This document shows positions 24,538-39,500 of a stretch of DNA of 64,000 nt, piece by piece; the first letter of the stretch is position 1, and every line of letters starts with the position of its first letter. The stretch lies in the NCBI RefSeq assembly GCF_036971445.1, contig NC_091478.1:95852001-95916000 (forward strand), in the 5' to 3' direction. The notes beneath the pieces were generated by a model, which was given only the letters and a program-made list of their open reading frames with translations, had not been told where the DNA came from and did no database searches. The position numbers and the translations under genes are program-made. The stretch comes from Narcine bancroftii (Eukaryota).

Positions 24538-27500
24538 AGAGAGGTCAGTTCTAGAGTAGCAGTTGAGGCTGCAAAATGGGAAGCTGGCAGACTTGTTGAA
24601 AGACCCCATTTCAGCTGTTCAAAACCCTTGTAGTCCTTACACAAGGAAATGGCTGGCTAGAGTGTCTCCTCAAATAAGGGAAACAAGGAACTCTGTGGTG
24701 ACCTGGAAGAAGAGGTTATCATTTGGAAAATTCATGATTGAGCAAGTTTCTTCGGCAAGACACTGAAGTGACTGATTGGAGGAAATCAGTTTATGTGTGT
24801 CCAACGAGCAACAAATATTTCTCAGAAACTAACAAGAACCTTCCTGAGTGGTAACCATTTAATTTTAAGCTCCAGAGCCCGGTGAAGATTCATAAATTTT
24901 AAATTCTGTGTACAGCATAAGAATTGCCTGATACCGGTGAACTTGGAGAAGTGAAAAGTGAATGATTGGACCATGAAACAAAGAACTTTCTTGAACATAT
25001 ACACATTATATACATGTCCGCTTAGAATTCGAAGGGGGAGGGGGTTAAGTTAATAATAAGTTAAAAGTTTGATCCTGCTTGTATGCTGAATTTCTATTGC
25101 TGATGGGTTTTGGAGTCATCTGGGCTCATAACACTACTTCTCGGTCATTGTCACTGCATCTGCTATGGTGTTTCTCCATGTGAACCAAATTTTCCTTAGT
25201 TATACTGTCACTGTACTATTAAAGGAAATGATCATAACTCATAGCCTAGTGCTAGTTTAAAGAGTTATACAGCACTGAAACAGACCCTTTGCCTAAAATT
25301 TGTTCCTATCTGTGCTAAAGCAATGCACAAAATGCTGGAGGAACTCAGCAGGTCAGACAGAATCCATGGAAGGTAATAGATACTCACCATTTTGGGCTGG
25401 AGCCCTTCATCAGGTTTTTCCTGTCTGGGCTAATCCCATTTACCTGCTTTTGGCCCATACCCTTCTGAATTTTTCTTTTCCATGTCCCTGTTCCAGGTGT
25501 GTTTAAGCATTGTAATTTTACCAGTCTATCTCACTCCCTCTGCTTGCTTGTCCCATGTACCCTCCACTTTTTAGTGTGGAGGAAAAAATTGCTGCTTTTA
25601 CCTTTTACTTCTCACCTTAATCCTATGTACAAAAATTCCTTACCCTAGGTATAATACTGCCACCATTCACTTTATCTTTGCCCCTATTGATTTTATTCTC
25701 CTCTTGAGAGTTCCCCCCCCTCAGCCCCAGCCTATCCAGAGTCTCTACAACTCAAGCCCTCCAGTTCTGGTCATGTCATATTCACCTGTCATTCAATTCT
25801 TCCTAACACCATGTCATAGATTGAAGAATGGTACTGAAATTGAAACCAGTGGAAACAACATGAAAGTTAATCAGTGTGTATGCTGAATTGAAGGCCTAGA
25901 GATGGTTGAAGTATTTGTTTTCTTTCCAGTCGTCGAATCCCACCCAGACAATGCACTAGAAGATCTAAGACTTGACAAGCCTTTCCCACACCTGAGGAAT
26001 CATGTTCATGAGTATGATCTGGATAAGATGGACAAAAAGGTACAGTAGCAACACTAGTAATGAGCAGTGTGAATCAGAGAGCTAAAAAAACATCTCCGTT
26101 GGTTTAGAAGTTGCAATTGTAATTGCTGCATTGAGAGGAAATCTGTGAATGCAGTTGAATATCAAAGCAAAGGGTGCAGGCTGTGAGACAGTAAGGGAAA
26201 GGTGCAGAAGTTCTGGAGAGCCAAGCCCTAGAAAAGAATAGTCCTCAGATTACCTATCTATTCTTATCAATATATCGTAACAAGCAGGGCATCCTAGAGT
26301 TTTACAGCTTGGAAAGTTCAGCCCAATGTCCATGATGGCTATATTGAGCAAACTTTAGTTTGTGTATCACCATGCTAAGTCTAGGAGAGCATTAAATATA
26401 TATTGGCCACTTGAAGTATGCTAATTCACTCCTGGGCGCTAACAACACCTTTTTTTAAAATATTTTTTATTGGTTAAAATGAAAAAAATTTGTATACAAA
26501 AAGGTACAAATCAGTATAAACCATTCCATTTAGCATAACATACATAATTATAAATCATAACACTATTTCATTTCTTAAAAAAGAAATCAATATTCATATT
26601 TTATATTACAATCAATGTTTACAATTCTCAATTATAGAATTTTTAAAAAAAACTTTAAAATTTAAAGTAGACAAACTTGTGTATGCACTGGGAGAAAAAA
26701 AAGTTACCCACCACTTTGTTTTTTTTTCTGTTCATTGTAGCAATACTTGATGCAGTTTTTAATGTATTTTATTTCCATAAACATTACAGGATCACAGTCA
26801 CACACCCTGGATAATTGTCATTGCCAAATATCTGGAGAAGTGGTGTGAAGAGGTGCGTTGTAATTTCTTGTTGATTAATATCTTGATTTGTTCTTATCCT
26901 GAGGAATAACCAGAATCCTAATAAAGGATCAAGATCAATAATGGAAAATCTACGCAGATTTTGCTGACATATTTTCAATGTTAAAAGTCAAAGACACATT
27001 ACACTTAAATAATATAATTTCATCCAAGGCACTTCACATTTTTATCATCCAGATAATATTTTACAAAAAAAAGAAAATCTAAGCTCACTACCAACGAAGA
27101 TCTACTGTGATCTTATGGGTGGCCCAGGTGGCATAGCGGTTAGCACAATGCCTTTACAATGCTGGTGATCGGGACTGGTCCTAAGTTAAAATCCCGTGCT
27201 GTCTGTAAGAAATTTGTACATTCTCCCCGTGTCTGCATGGGTTTTCTCTGGGGGCTCTGGTTTCCTCCCACCCTTCAAAAACATACAGGGTGTAGGTTAA
27301 TTGGTGTATTGTAAAATGGACAGCACTAGGGTCGAATTGGGCTGTTACAGTGCTAATTTAATTTGAAAAATATTATTGCATGGTAGAGCAGTGAAATGGG
27401 ATGAAAGGCCGATTTCTGTTTGATTTTAAAAGGGGGTGGTCTTTTCTAACTCTGGAACACACAATCTTAGTGTCTGCCTCTTTAGGTGGATGGAAATAGT

Positions 27501-30500
27501 CTCATAAATCAATTTGGGGGAGAAAAAAAAGTTCTGGAGTTCTTCCAGATTTCCTGGTCACTATTTATCTGTCATTTAGGATTATTAAAAAATTGAAATT
27601 AGCTGGATTATGTGGAGAGAACATATGATGGCATTTCGTGTCAAATGGGTGATTGATGGCTAATGTTGACTCTGGGCTAATGGTTTACTCTGCTGTTTAC
27701 ACTAGAATATCATTGGTTTCTATCGGATTTTATAGTGCCTAAGTTGCTGTGATTCAGCTTACTTAGTTTATGTAGTGCAAGTAACATGGCAGAATGTCTT
27801 GAGATGCATAAGAATAGAGCCAGTGTAGCACAGGAATGATTTGTTAGCAGATAAAGCAACAGTTTTGAATGGGAGCATCGAAGAACTCAGCCAACAGGGT
27901 TATGAGGAAGGGATGATTAGTTTTTTTGGTAGGTATTTATAGATAAGCATAACATTGTGGGCCCAAGGGCCTGTTGTGTTCTATGTTCCATCAGCATATT
28001 GGAAGAGTGAAGTCCAGAGGTAACGATGGCATGGATGCAGGTTAAGTTTAGGCAAGGCTGGAGTAAGCCAATGTTGCAAAGATGAAAGTGTTACCTCACT
28101 GACTGCTCCCTTATCAATGCAGTTTGTAAAATTCTCCATGCTTTGGATTGGAGAAAGTGTAATGCAAGTCTTTATGATGACACTTCAGTGGGACACAGTG
28201 GCACTACCATGTTTTGAAATGATTCTTTAATGCCGTTATACCTGAGTCAAATTGGTGTTGGTAAACAGAATTAACACTGAATAAAGATTCTCATGTTAAC
28301 TCTTTTATACAAAACCCTGCAGCACAACAGCCAGTTGCCAAAAACTTACAAAGAAAAGGAAGTATTTCGAGAGTTAATACGACAAGGTATGGAATTGTAT
28401 AATTTTAACATAAAAGTTGTGCCACAAGAATCTGGGTATGTGAACATCCTTTTTTGTTGTTTGTATTTTTCTGACTCATTTGCCGTGATTGATTGGATCT
28501 CCAGCCTATACCTCATTTGCTATGCAATGCAGTTCAACCAGCTCACTAACAGGGCCAGTCAGCAGTAGGACATTGACCTCGGAAGTTGTTGGTTTGTTAT
28601 TAAAAACCCCTACTAGTTCAAGGAACAGAACACTGCCCTGGAATGAAATAAGAAAATCTGCATATAGCGTGATTGTAGTAAATACACAAAAATGTTGGAG
28701 AAACTCAGCAGGTGTATAGGAGGCAAAGATAATCCGATCTGATGACTATCTCATTCTTCTAGATCGGATGTGTTGGCAGTTGCACATTTTATGTCAGTTC
28801 TTTTTTTTTAAATAAACTTTGGAAGTAGTTGTCATGTCTGGGACCATCTGTGGAGCGGGAAACTGGCATGGCAATGATACAGAAAGGCAAAGAATGTTTG
28901 GGAACTCTATGGTCCTTGTGAAATATAGAAAACAGAAAAAAGGCAATTGGCAGAGGTGCTAAGGGTGCTGTGATCTTCACTGGGCGACAAATGAAGTGTT
29001 TTTAATGACTTTCAAAAAGAGCAGGATAAATAATTTTAAAATAGAATGGAAGGTTGGATGCTTTTTTTAGAAACCTGGTAGAAAAATAGTGTCAAATGGC
29101 ATCTTGCATTGTCTAAATGATTAAAATAAATTGAAATCTACCTGTTTTCTTGAATTCACCAGCTTCCTTGTGTATGTACTCCTTTTACTTGTGTGTGGGT
29201 TGACTTGCTAAATAGCATGCAAAACAAAACTTTTCACTACATTTCTGGTCGTGTAACAATAGATTTGGACTTTAACTTAAACTGTTCTATGACTCAGTAA
29301 AAATGTCTTGTTAGACTAAATTTTGTTTTCAAGAATGAGATTGTTTGGTTACCTGTATGGAATTTGTGCCCTGCTAAGCATTGAATCTCGCTTCTCTTTT
29401 TACCCTTACAATCAAATTTAGGATTATTGAAAACTGATGATGGAAAACCAGAAGATGAAGAGAACTTTGATGAGGCTATCAAAAATGTTAACACTGCCCT
29501 AAATCCTACCAAGGTACAACTTGTAGTATATTTTTACATTGTTCTTTGGATTCTGACATGCCAACAAAATAAAGGACATTTTGAGTGAGAGAAGACAAAT
29601 AACATCTGGCTGCGTTGATGCTAGAATAGGAAAATTCATCTTGGGGATAATTATATTGATAGCCAATCAATCCACTTCCCTACCCACTCCATGGTATCTG
29701 GTTAACAATTGTGCTACTGTTGCATGGTAAATATGGATGAGGAGAGCATCTATACCAACTTATCAGCCCTGCAGATTTCATGAAATTAATATGAAATCAC
29801 ATGCAAGCAGCAGAATCTTTTGTTCAAAATGGTTATGTTTGGCACAGACACAGCTGCAGGACCTGTTCCTATGCTGTATTGTTCTGTAGAAAAGAGAGTT
29901 TTGAAAATTTGTTGAAAGTTTTGAAATGTGCAAGGTGGCACTTAACTGAAAGGCACAGATTTAAAATAGTTGGCAAACTAACCAGGGTGGAGGGGTGGTA
30001 ATGAGCAATGTATTAACATAATATTACAAGCCCAGAGGACTCCAAAACCCAGCACCAATGGAAATTCACCAAGACGATGGTTACTTGAACAAAAGTTAAT
30101 TTTAATTTTTAAAAACATAATAACAAGATCACTCTTAAACTTATTGCTATTAACAACTAACAACCCCCTTCTAATTCTAAGTGCACATGTATGTAATGTG
30201 TATATGTTCAGGAAAATTCTCTGTTTCACTGTCCAGTCATTCACTTTTCATTTCTCCAAGTTCACCAGTATAAGGCAAATCTCATACTGTGCACAGAATT
30301 GAACATTTATGAACCTTCACCAGGCTCTGGTGCTTAAAGTTAAATGGTTGCCACTCAGTAAGTTTCTTGTTGGTTACAGAAAGAAATTTGTTGCATGTTG
30401 GACACACACAAACTGATTTCCTCCATCAGTGTCTTGCCAAAGAAACTTGCCCCATCATGGGTTTTCCAAAAGATAACCTCTTTTTCCAGGTCTCTACAGA

Positions 30501-33500
30501 GTTCCTCTTATTTCACTTATTTCGGGAGAAACACTAGCCACTTGTAAGAACTACAAGGGTTTTGAACAGGCTGAACTCAGAACTCACAACCTGTCTTCAA
30601 AATGGAGTTTTCAACAAGCCTGCCAGCTTGCCATTTTACAGCCTAAACTGCTATTGTATAATTGAACTCCCTCTCTCTCTTTCTCCTAAAAGAGAAATCA
30701 CCTGTCTGTTTTTCCTCTCTCTAGGACTTCTTAAAGTGCTCCAAACCTAATCTTTGAAAGATCTTATCAGTACTTCTGAGCCTGGACTTTATTGTCCATA
30801 TACAATAGATCAGCATTTTTCATTGCTTCTGCAAAGCCAACCGGAGCCTCACCGTCTAACTTCTCTTGCATTTTAAATGAGATGTCTTTTGTGAAGTTAC
30901 TCTGTGGAGTGTAACCTAAGACGTATTTTACCCATAACTATTCTAACATGTCCTGTAACAACTGCCTGAAAGGAAGGTAGAAACAAATTCAAGAATAACA
31001 TTCAAAAGGAATTAGATAAATACTTGCAAAGGAGCTGGGTTTTGGTCAAAGTTCAGGGACATGTGATTTTTTTTTACAAATAGAAAACACAGTGACAAAT
31101 AGCTCCTCTTGCATGAACTTTTTTGTATTCATTCATATTGTAACTGAAGAGGTGCCTCAGGTTTCCACAATATTCACTGACCTTTTCTTTTATACTTCTG
31201 TAGGTTCCAAGTAACGTGCAAGAACTATTCAAGGATCAGCGATGCACTAACATCAACACACAGGTTGCAACAAAACATGAGGGGGAAAAAAAATTTCCTC
31301 AAAGACAATGCTTAAACTTGGGAAAAATATTTTCAATGATTGCTTCAACCGAGTCAGTCCTGGGCAGGGGCTCTTCTTTCCCAACTCCCCTCATAACCCC
31401 TCCAAATAATAGAAGGGTTTATTAATGCATGACATTTGTGATCCATCAAATAATATCATGGAGTGCAAACTAGAGTTGGGTGAACTCACAGAATTTGGAA
31501 TTGCCTTTTGCTTTTTCCCCCACCCACCCTATTTATTTGCTCTTTCCTCCTGAAGTTAGTTATTTGGTGAGACTTGTAAATCGTAATATTAAATATCAGC
31601 GGACTTTTCAATACGAGGGCACTAGTTTTGCTAAGTTGTAACAAGTAAAAAAGAAATTGAATTAAGTTGTTTATTGACATGTGTACCAAGGTACAGTGAA
31701 AAGCTTTGTTTTGTGTGCTGTCCAGGCAAGTCAATCCATACTAGATTACGCCGGTAGTACAATAATTAAACAAATGTGCAGGGTGTAGTGTTACACTAAG
31801 TCAAAGCGTGTGGAGTGTAGAGTTACTCAGAAAAAGTGCATAGGGGATCATTTTTGATGACAGGTCCTTTACAAGAGTCTGGAAATTGTTTTGGATATGG
31901 AAGTTCATGTTTTCAATCTCAGTTATCCTCTGTCCAATTTTTTTTTGGGGGGGTGGTGGGGGTGTGGAAGGGTTTGCATGATGGCCTGACCTCCATTTGC
32001 AACTCTATTTTAAATTTGTCATTTTTATTAAGAAGTATTTTTTTTCTTTGTCTACCTAGACAAATTACGTGTGTATTTGTGCTGGAAGGATGCCTGATGT
32101 GTGAATGTGGGGTACCTTCTTGCACTACTGGTTGCATGTGTCTCCCTTGATCTGTAAATGATTTTGTTTCCAGAGCTCTCTGTTTTGGATTTTAACCCGA
32201 GCAGTGAAACAGTTTGTGGAAAAAGAGGGACTTGGGAATCTACCTGTACGTGGCACTATCCCAGACATGATAGCAGACTCGACCAGGTTTATTAGACTAC
32301 AGAATGTGTATGTAACTCGAGTAATTTAAGCAAAGCATTTGCATTTTCCAGTTTGGTGTATGTTTGTCTCTTTCCAATGGTTTACACTGTTTGTGTGCCC
32401 ATTGTGTCCTGATTCCAGTCATCAGGATCTTTGTACTTTACTGTGTTATGTATATATATATATATATATATATGTTGACTCAGAGATGTTTGGTCTAAGC
32501 ATTGGCTCACTGATTGCTCGCTTTGAAGCCTCAACTTCGGCTGACAGGCTAACACATTAATCTCTTGAATTAGAGCTCCATCCAAAAATTTGACCAGATT
32601 ATCTAGGCTGCAATTCCTAGTGTGCTACTAAGAAATGGAAGCAGAATTAGGCCATTTGACTCTTTGAGTCTTCACTGCCACTCAAAGAGCATAACTGAAT
32701 TTTTACTTTGCACCATTTTCTTGCAATGATGCCAACGTCACTTGATTCTCTTAATGCAGTACCTAAAAAATCTTACCATTCATGAATATGTTCAATGACT
32801 GAGTTTCCACAACTTACTTGGGTGATGAAATCCATCTGGTTGAAGAAATTCATCTCGAATGTTCCAGCTATTATTTTGAGTCTTTGATTCCTAGTTCTAA
32901 ACACCAAAAGTGTAAACAACATCTATGAATCCTGATAAAATGTTACTCATCCCAATATGATCATTTCTCAATCTTCCAAACTGGAACGGTTTGGCTCATA
33001 ATGCCTAATTTCCCTGCATGATAATCTGAAATCAATCTGGTGAATCTTGCACAACATTTACTGGAAATATAGCCTCTGTAGGTAGGAAGCTCCAGGAGTG
33101 GTTATGTGCAGGAAGTAAGCTCTCGTGGTATAGGTCAAGCGAGCAGGAGCACTATACTGTGCCAAATCGCTGATCTGGTGACCATACTGTGGTTGGAAAC
33201 ACTTGCCGTTCATATTCTTTCATTTGTTGCTGTTTTATATAATTCTCGTTCCTCAGTTATGCTTCTGGTTTTTTTTCCTGCTTAGATACCGTGAGAAAGC
33301 AAAAGAAGATGCTTCTATTATCAGTGACTATGTTACTGAAATATTGGGATCAATTGGCAAGGTAAGTAGCATTCTGCATTTTTGCCTTTACAGTTGGAGT
33401 TTCAGGCTTGAGAGCCTACCTATTTTTTTTAATCCATTCTGTTTTCCTTCCATTTGTCTAGCATTGTTTCTGAAACAACTAACAATGTCATAGCGAGTTA

Positions 33501-36500
33501 TTTTATGGAATTTGACCAGATTTGGAGGGATAGGTTAAGCACTTGCACTTTAAGCCGGTATTTTTGGAAAGGACCAAGCCTCTCCTTGACCCCTTACTTT
33601 GAGTCTGTAATCCAATCAATATCTATGCCTTTATTATCTTAAATTTACATTTTCATATTCACTGTTTTCAGAGAGCCCCTTGAAGAAGCAGGAAACAATT
33701 GTTCAAGTTCACTGATGCGAGGAAGCTACTGATCATGTACTGTGTTTGTCAGTGAAATAGTTTGTCAGCCTGTCAATTGAAAATGTTTAAATCTCTTATC
33801 AGTAAAAGGCAGTTAATTTCACTTTCAGACCTCTTCTTTGGCAGAGCTATTCAATTAATCCTTCATGTGTGCTTTCTCTGTAACTTTTCTTTTCCTTTTG
33901 TATTTGTCTAAATCTCCTTTCAAAGTTTCTGCTATCATTCCTTCAGATACCTAATCAAAATAATTCACAGCTATGAATCTACTCCTCTCTTCCTGCTTGA
34001 ATCAGAATCCTCTGACTCCTTTTGTCAAGAAAACAATTTCTCCTAGTGTAAAATCAAAACACAATGATTTTGAGCACCTTGCTAAATCTCCTCTTGAGGA
34101 GATCAAGCTCAACAAACACTTGAACCATAAAAGGGAATTTATTTGACTATAATAATGATTTATTGAGAAATGTACTTTATCAGATTTTAAACCCATCTTA
34201 ATTCCATCATTCCACGTCAGAAGTTGAATGGGTTATCTTTTGATTACTCTGAGCTGCCGATAATGGGATGGCCTAAATGGGGCTTCTGCTATATTTATTT
34301 GCAGCTTCATTTTCCTTTTGAACTGTGTCGCTACTCAACACTATTAAATTTTCTTTGTGTTTCTCCCTCAGCCACCCGAGACCATCTCTGAAAAGGACAT
34401 TTGTTTTTTCTGTAAGTTTTATTGAGGTATAGGTATTCACTGGCAAGACCTTGATGACAACTGTTTCAAGAGTATGTCATTTTATGCATGTTGGAATCTA
34501 TAAGCCAATAAAAAGTTGGCCTATTGTTGTGAGAGTTATAGTCAGAGAGTCACAGGGCTTTTGTCTAACTTGTGTATGCTGACCAAGTTGGCCCCTGGGG
34601 TAGTCCCATTTGCCTGCATTTGATCCATGTCCTCTTCTATCCATAAATCTTTCTAAAATCAGGAAATATAAATCTACTCTCTGTGAAGGAGACCTTTAAA
34701 CCATCAGATGTTTGCAAAGATGCAACTTTTAGGAAAGAATGCACGTGATTTTAGAGCAAATTCCCCTGTCCTTGATGCGTGAGCCCTCTGAGGTGTATGT
34801 CAAGAAAGCCCTCTGGCACCTTATTGGGACAAAATAGTGCAGACATAACAGCTATAATGGAGAATGAATTTAAAGAAAAATCTTGTCTGGTCTTGTTCTT
34901 GTTCATGGTGGTTGCATTAATTGGTAAATTATTTCCTTTGAACCCTTCATAAGGTCTAATTTCAGAAAGGTGGAAGGTTGCATTATGCCAGCAATTTTCC
35001 TCCGTGTTTTTTGGGCCACTGTTTCATGTTCTGTACCCAGGCATTGTTGAAGACTGATCAGAAATAAAACTGCAGTTACTGAAAGTCGAAAACCAAGATG
35101 GAAAGTGCTTGAAATGCTCATCAGGTTAAGTGGCACCCGTGGGAAATGGTTAACTTTTCAAGTTGAAAATTCTTTTACTTGGGTTTCTTTTAATGCTATC
35201 ACTAACTCAGTTCTGATGAAAAAGTAAAGGGGACAGCACAGAACCCATTAACAGTGAGTGGAACTGGACAAGAGTAATGAAGGAAGTTTCTAATGAGTCG
35301 GACACTTCCACCTGTATTCACCTATTGTATGTGCTCCTCCCTCTTCCCAGACCTCCTCACCTTTTTACTCTGTCCAATTTTCAATATCCCTGAAGAAGGA
35401 CTCCGGTCTGAAACCTCTTGCTTCCTATGGGTGCTGCATGACCTACTGAGTTTCTCAGGCACTTGTGTATTGCACTGGACCCCAGCGTCTGTATGTTTAT
35501 TGTTTACCTCCATGATAGGGGCATAATGTTCTATGTTTTCCCAATTATTTTAACTGTTGTGTCTAATCATACTGTCTCAAACCCAGGCAGGAATGCTGCT
35601 TTTCTACGGCTTGTACAATGTCGGTCGCTGGCAGAGGAGTTCAGTGCAGAGACGACCAATAAAGATCAAATCGGTGAGTCCATTTAATTTGAGGCCTTGG
35701 AAGCGGGGGCTTTTTGTAGAAAAATAACACAGTACAATGCTTTTCAGACAGTGCAGGTCAGGTTGATGAAGATCATGCCCAAACTATTCATCTATTTTTT
35801 TCCAAGTTCTATTCCAGGATTTTAATCTTCATCTTTGACGTTTGCTAGGTCAAACGTCATAAAAGAGGCTAATCCTGTTGAACATTAATTTTGGGAGGGA
35901 TTTGGTGCGGGAAGGCATGAATTATGGATGCATTAATGGTATCACCAGTCAGTCTGGTAGTCAGATTATTCCATTGGATGTATAGTATAAACTATCTGTG
36001 AGGAGATTCACATGTACTGACCTGATGCCACCGTCTACTAATGTGCAGAGAGAATTCCAAGTCAGACCTCCTGATTTCCTTCTCATGAATGCCAGGAGTG
36101 AGTTTGAAAGCTATCCCTTCTGATTCCATCTTGGTTCAGTGTTGTCATGTGGAGCCATTAATAATGCCTGATGCATGTTGAATTTTTTTGGAAAATTTTA
36201 TTTATAATCAATATTAAGACATACATTCAAAATACAATTGTATCCCATAAAATCCCCCACCCCACCCATAAATTAATTTTTCTTTTCCAGCATCGTGTAT
36301 GGAGAATCTGGACAGTGAAATGGTTTTGTATATAATGCTTCGTGCTGTTGATTGTTTTCATAGACAGCATGGCCGATACCCAGGTATGTGACTGTCTAGT
36401 ATCTATTTCCTATAATTTGTGACAGACCATGCATAAAGTTTACTTCGTATTTCTCAAATTTAATGGCTATAAATATTCACATCTTTCAGCAACAATTGCT

Positions 36501-39500
36501 CTTAGTTTCAGCTATAGCTCAGTAAACATCTCTTTTACCCCCTCAGTCAGAAAGTTCTGGGTTTGTCCAACTGCACAACACAATCTAGCTCAATTTTTCT
36601 CTGAAATATCGAGGGAATGATGTGCCATGGAAGGGGCAAATGTGCTAGAGAAATTTAGCAGGCAACACAGCATCCATAGGAAGTAAAAGGTAACCAACAT
36701 TTCAGGTGTGATCATCTCCATTACAAGCCAACTGATTCATACAGCTATCTCAATTCTTCAATTCACCCTGCCCCTTGAAAGAACTCTATTCTATTCTCCC
36801 ACTACTTCTGTTTCCATTGTATTTGATTCTGTACAAGTAACTGTTGAAGTGCCTTTCTTCTCCTCTGCCATTGCTAACAAAACTCTTGACTGCATCTCAT
36901 CCATTTCCAATGGCTTTGCTGTCATCCCCTCATCCAGGCCAGAACAAGAAAAATTTTCTTCTGGTCTTCACCTTCCATCCCACCAGCCTCTGCAATCAAC
37001 AGATCATTTGATGCAATTTCATCAACCTGCAAAGAAATTCCACCACCACACATCTTCTCCTTTCCTCCCCTTTCAGCATTTCGCAAGGAGCTGTTCCCTT
37101 CATGACTCCCTGGTTCATTCTTCTGCCTACCAAACCCCTCTCCTTCTAATGGCATTTTCCCTTGCAACTTCAGGCTTTGCAACACGTCCTTTCACCCCAC
37201 TGTCCATTAATCCTCAATTCCAGGGAATTTTACCCTAATTTGTGCAATATCACTGAATTTAATCCTCGTGGTCCAGCTTCACACTGGTAGGTCTGTGAAT
37301 TTATTTATTGTGTTTTAATTCAATTATGTATACTATTGTAGTTTGTGTTTTAATGAAGTACCAATTCAGCTGTAGCATGTAAGAATTTCAATGCATATGT
37401 GCAGTATACAATAAACATGATGATTAACTCATCCTGTCCAGTCCCAATGCTGACTGGTTAGTATAAGCTTTAAACGGTCTGTTAAAGGAGCCGAGGGTTT
37501 TTAAAAATCTTGCAACTGCAGTTCTATGCCCAAGATCCAAAAATATTCTCATGCAAAAATAAAAGTGACTTTGCAATAGAGCAGATAGTCTTTTTGTGCT
37601 GTCAGAGCAGTTCCTGATTAGAGTAACAAGGGGAGGTTGAAGAGTGTGAAAGCTGTTGGAATAAAGCTGTTCTTGAACCTAGAAGAACTGGTCTTCTGTC
37701 TGCAGGTAGCAGGGAGAACAGGTTGTGTCTTGGGTGATTAGGGGTCCTTTATGATGATGACTGCCTTCATGAAGTGGTGCCTCACACACAGTAGATGTCT
37801 TCAATGGAGGGGAGGTCAGAGCCTGTGCTGGACCTAGCTTGATTCTACAGCCTCCTGTGATCCCATTGCCTCAAATGATCAAACCAGGCAATGTTGCAAC
37901 CAGTCAGTATACTTTCCACAGTGCACCTGTAGAAGTTTGTTTGAGTATTTGACGGCATGCCAAATCTCCTCAGACTCCTTAAAAAGTAGTTCCAAGGTTT
38001 GCTCATCACTTAATCCATGATAATAAATTACGAAGAGATTATGGAAAAGACTGCAGGTGCTGAAGAGTGGAGGATAAAAACAAATTGCTGCAGGAACTGT
38101 CAGGATCAGGCAATGTTTCAGGTTGAGACCTTTCATCTGGATTGAAAGAGTATAGGGGAGATATCCAGGATAAAGGGGCAAGGGGGAGAGATGAGGCAGG
38201 AGCTAGCAAACAATAGGTAGATCCAGGTAAAGAGGGGTTGATTGGCAAATAGGTGAGGGAAGGAAGGGTGGAGATAACGACAGAGATTGACCACACCGCT
38301 GCTCCTTGAGATGCTTGACTTTTCATCCCATCATCTATCTCACTATTAACATCTATATGTTTCATTATTTATTCATGCCGCTGTCTGATGGTCTGTTTCT
38401 GTGCATGAATTAACAGACCTGGTTAATTCTACAGTTTCCTCACAGCTTTAAGGGAGGATCTGGCAGGGTATTTTCACACTAGTCCAGAAGGCATCACTTT
38501 TAGAAGCTCCCGTGCATTGCTCAACATTGATGTTACTGTAGCCCATGGTACCAAGGACTTGGTTAGTTCTATTGAAAGGATATGAAGAATAGCCTAATGG
38601 GCAAGTGGATAAATTGACATTGGTGGTAGAACAAACAACAGATTAAGGGAGGCCCAGGTTGATTGACCACAAATGTAGAGGGTGAGGAAACAAAAAAATT
38701 CCAGATTCATCAGCTGGCCTGTCTCCAAGTGGAACCTTTCCTTGCAAGGAATAGGGTACAAGGTTATTATGGAACTGGATCCCATCACACATGTTTTTTT
38801 AGGTTTTGAATTCCTTTTATTAAACGTGATACTTTGTGGAGATAATGCTCTCTTCTCTCCATAGGTGTGCACAATAACCAGGTTGAAGACGATATTGGGA
38901 AGCTGAAATCATGTGTGATCAGTCTGCTGCAAGAATGGGGTGTCTCAGTGTCAGTCAAGGATGACTACATCCATGAATTGTACGTTTATTAAACTTTATC
39001 CATTCACTCTTCTATTCACTTTTATGGCAAGAGTGGAGTCAGTGTATAGAAGATTGGGTCTAAACCCCATTATTAACCCCCCCTTTTTTCTCTGCATCTG
39101 CCACCTTGGCCCTCTGTCCTTAGGTGCTTTAGAACAATTTGTTGTTCACTGTTACTTTTGAGCCCCTTAGCATTTACTTAATGTTTCATGGCCCTTTTTC
39201 CTTTCTCCATCAGAATGTTGAATTGTTGTCAGTTTAATGTCTCATTGAGATGATCAATCAGGGTCAAAGGTTGAATCCAAGTACAATCAGAAGTGCAGTT
39301 GTCCAATTCAGCTTTAAAAAAATTTGAATGCAGATTAATGTGGGTTGGGAAGATTTTTTATTAATCATCCCTTTAAAAGGAAATGTTTGTGTTTAAAGAT
39401 GGATTAGATTCACAATGAGCTGAATAAATGGAGTTATGTGAAAAGAGTATATTTTCTTTCAGTTGTCGCTATGGTGCTTCAGAACCACATGCAGTGGCTT

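Noticed and set aside
28732-28769. 9-bp inverted repeat atccgatct/agatcggat enclosing TGATGA; possible C/D snoRNA or hammerhead
   Set aside because: Only 38 nt; no CTGA D box and no GAAA after a stem; compatible with chance or repeat debris
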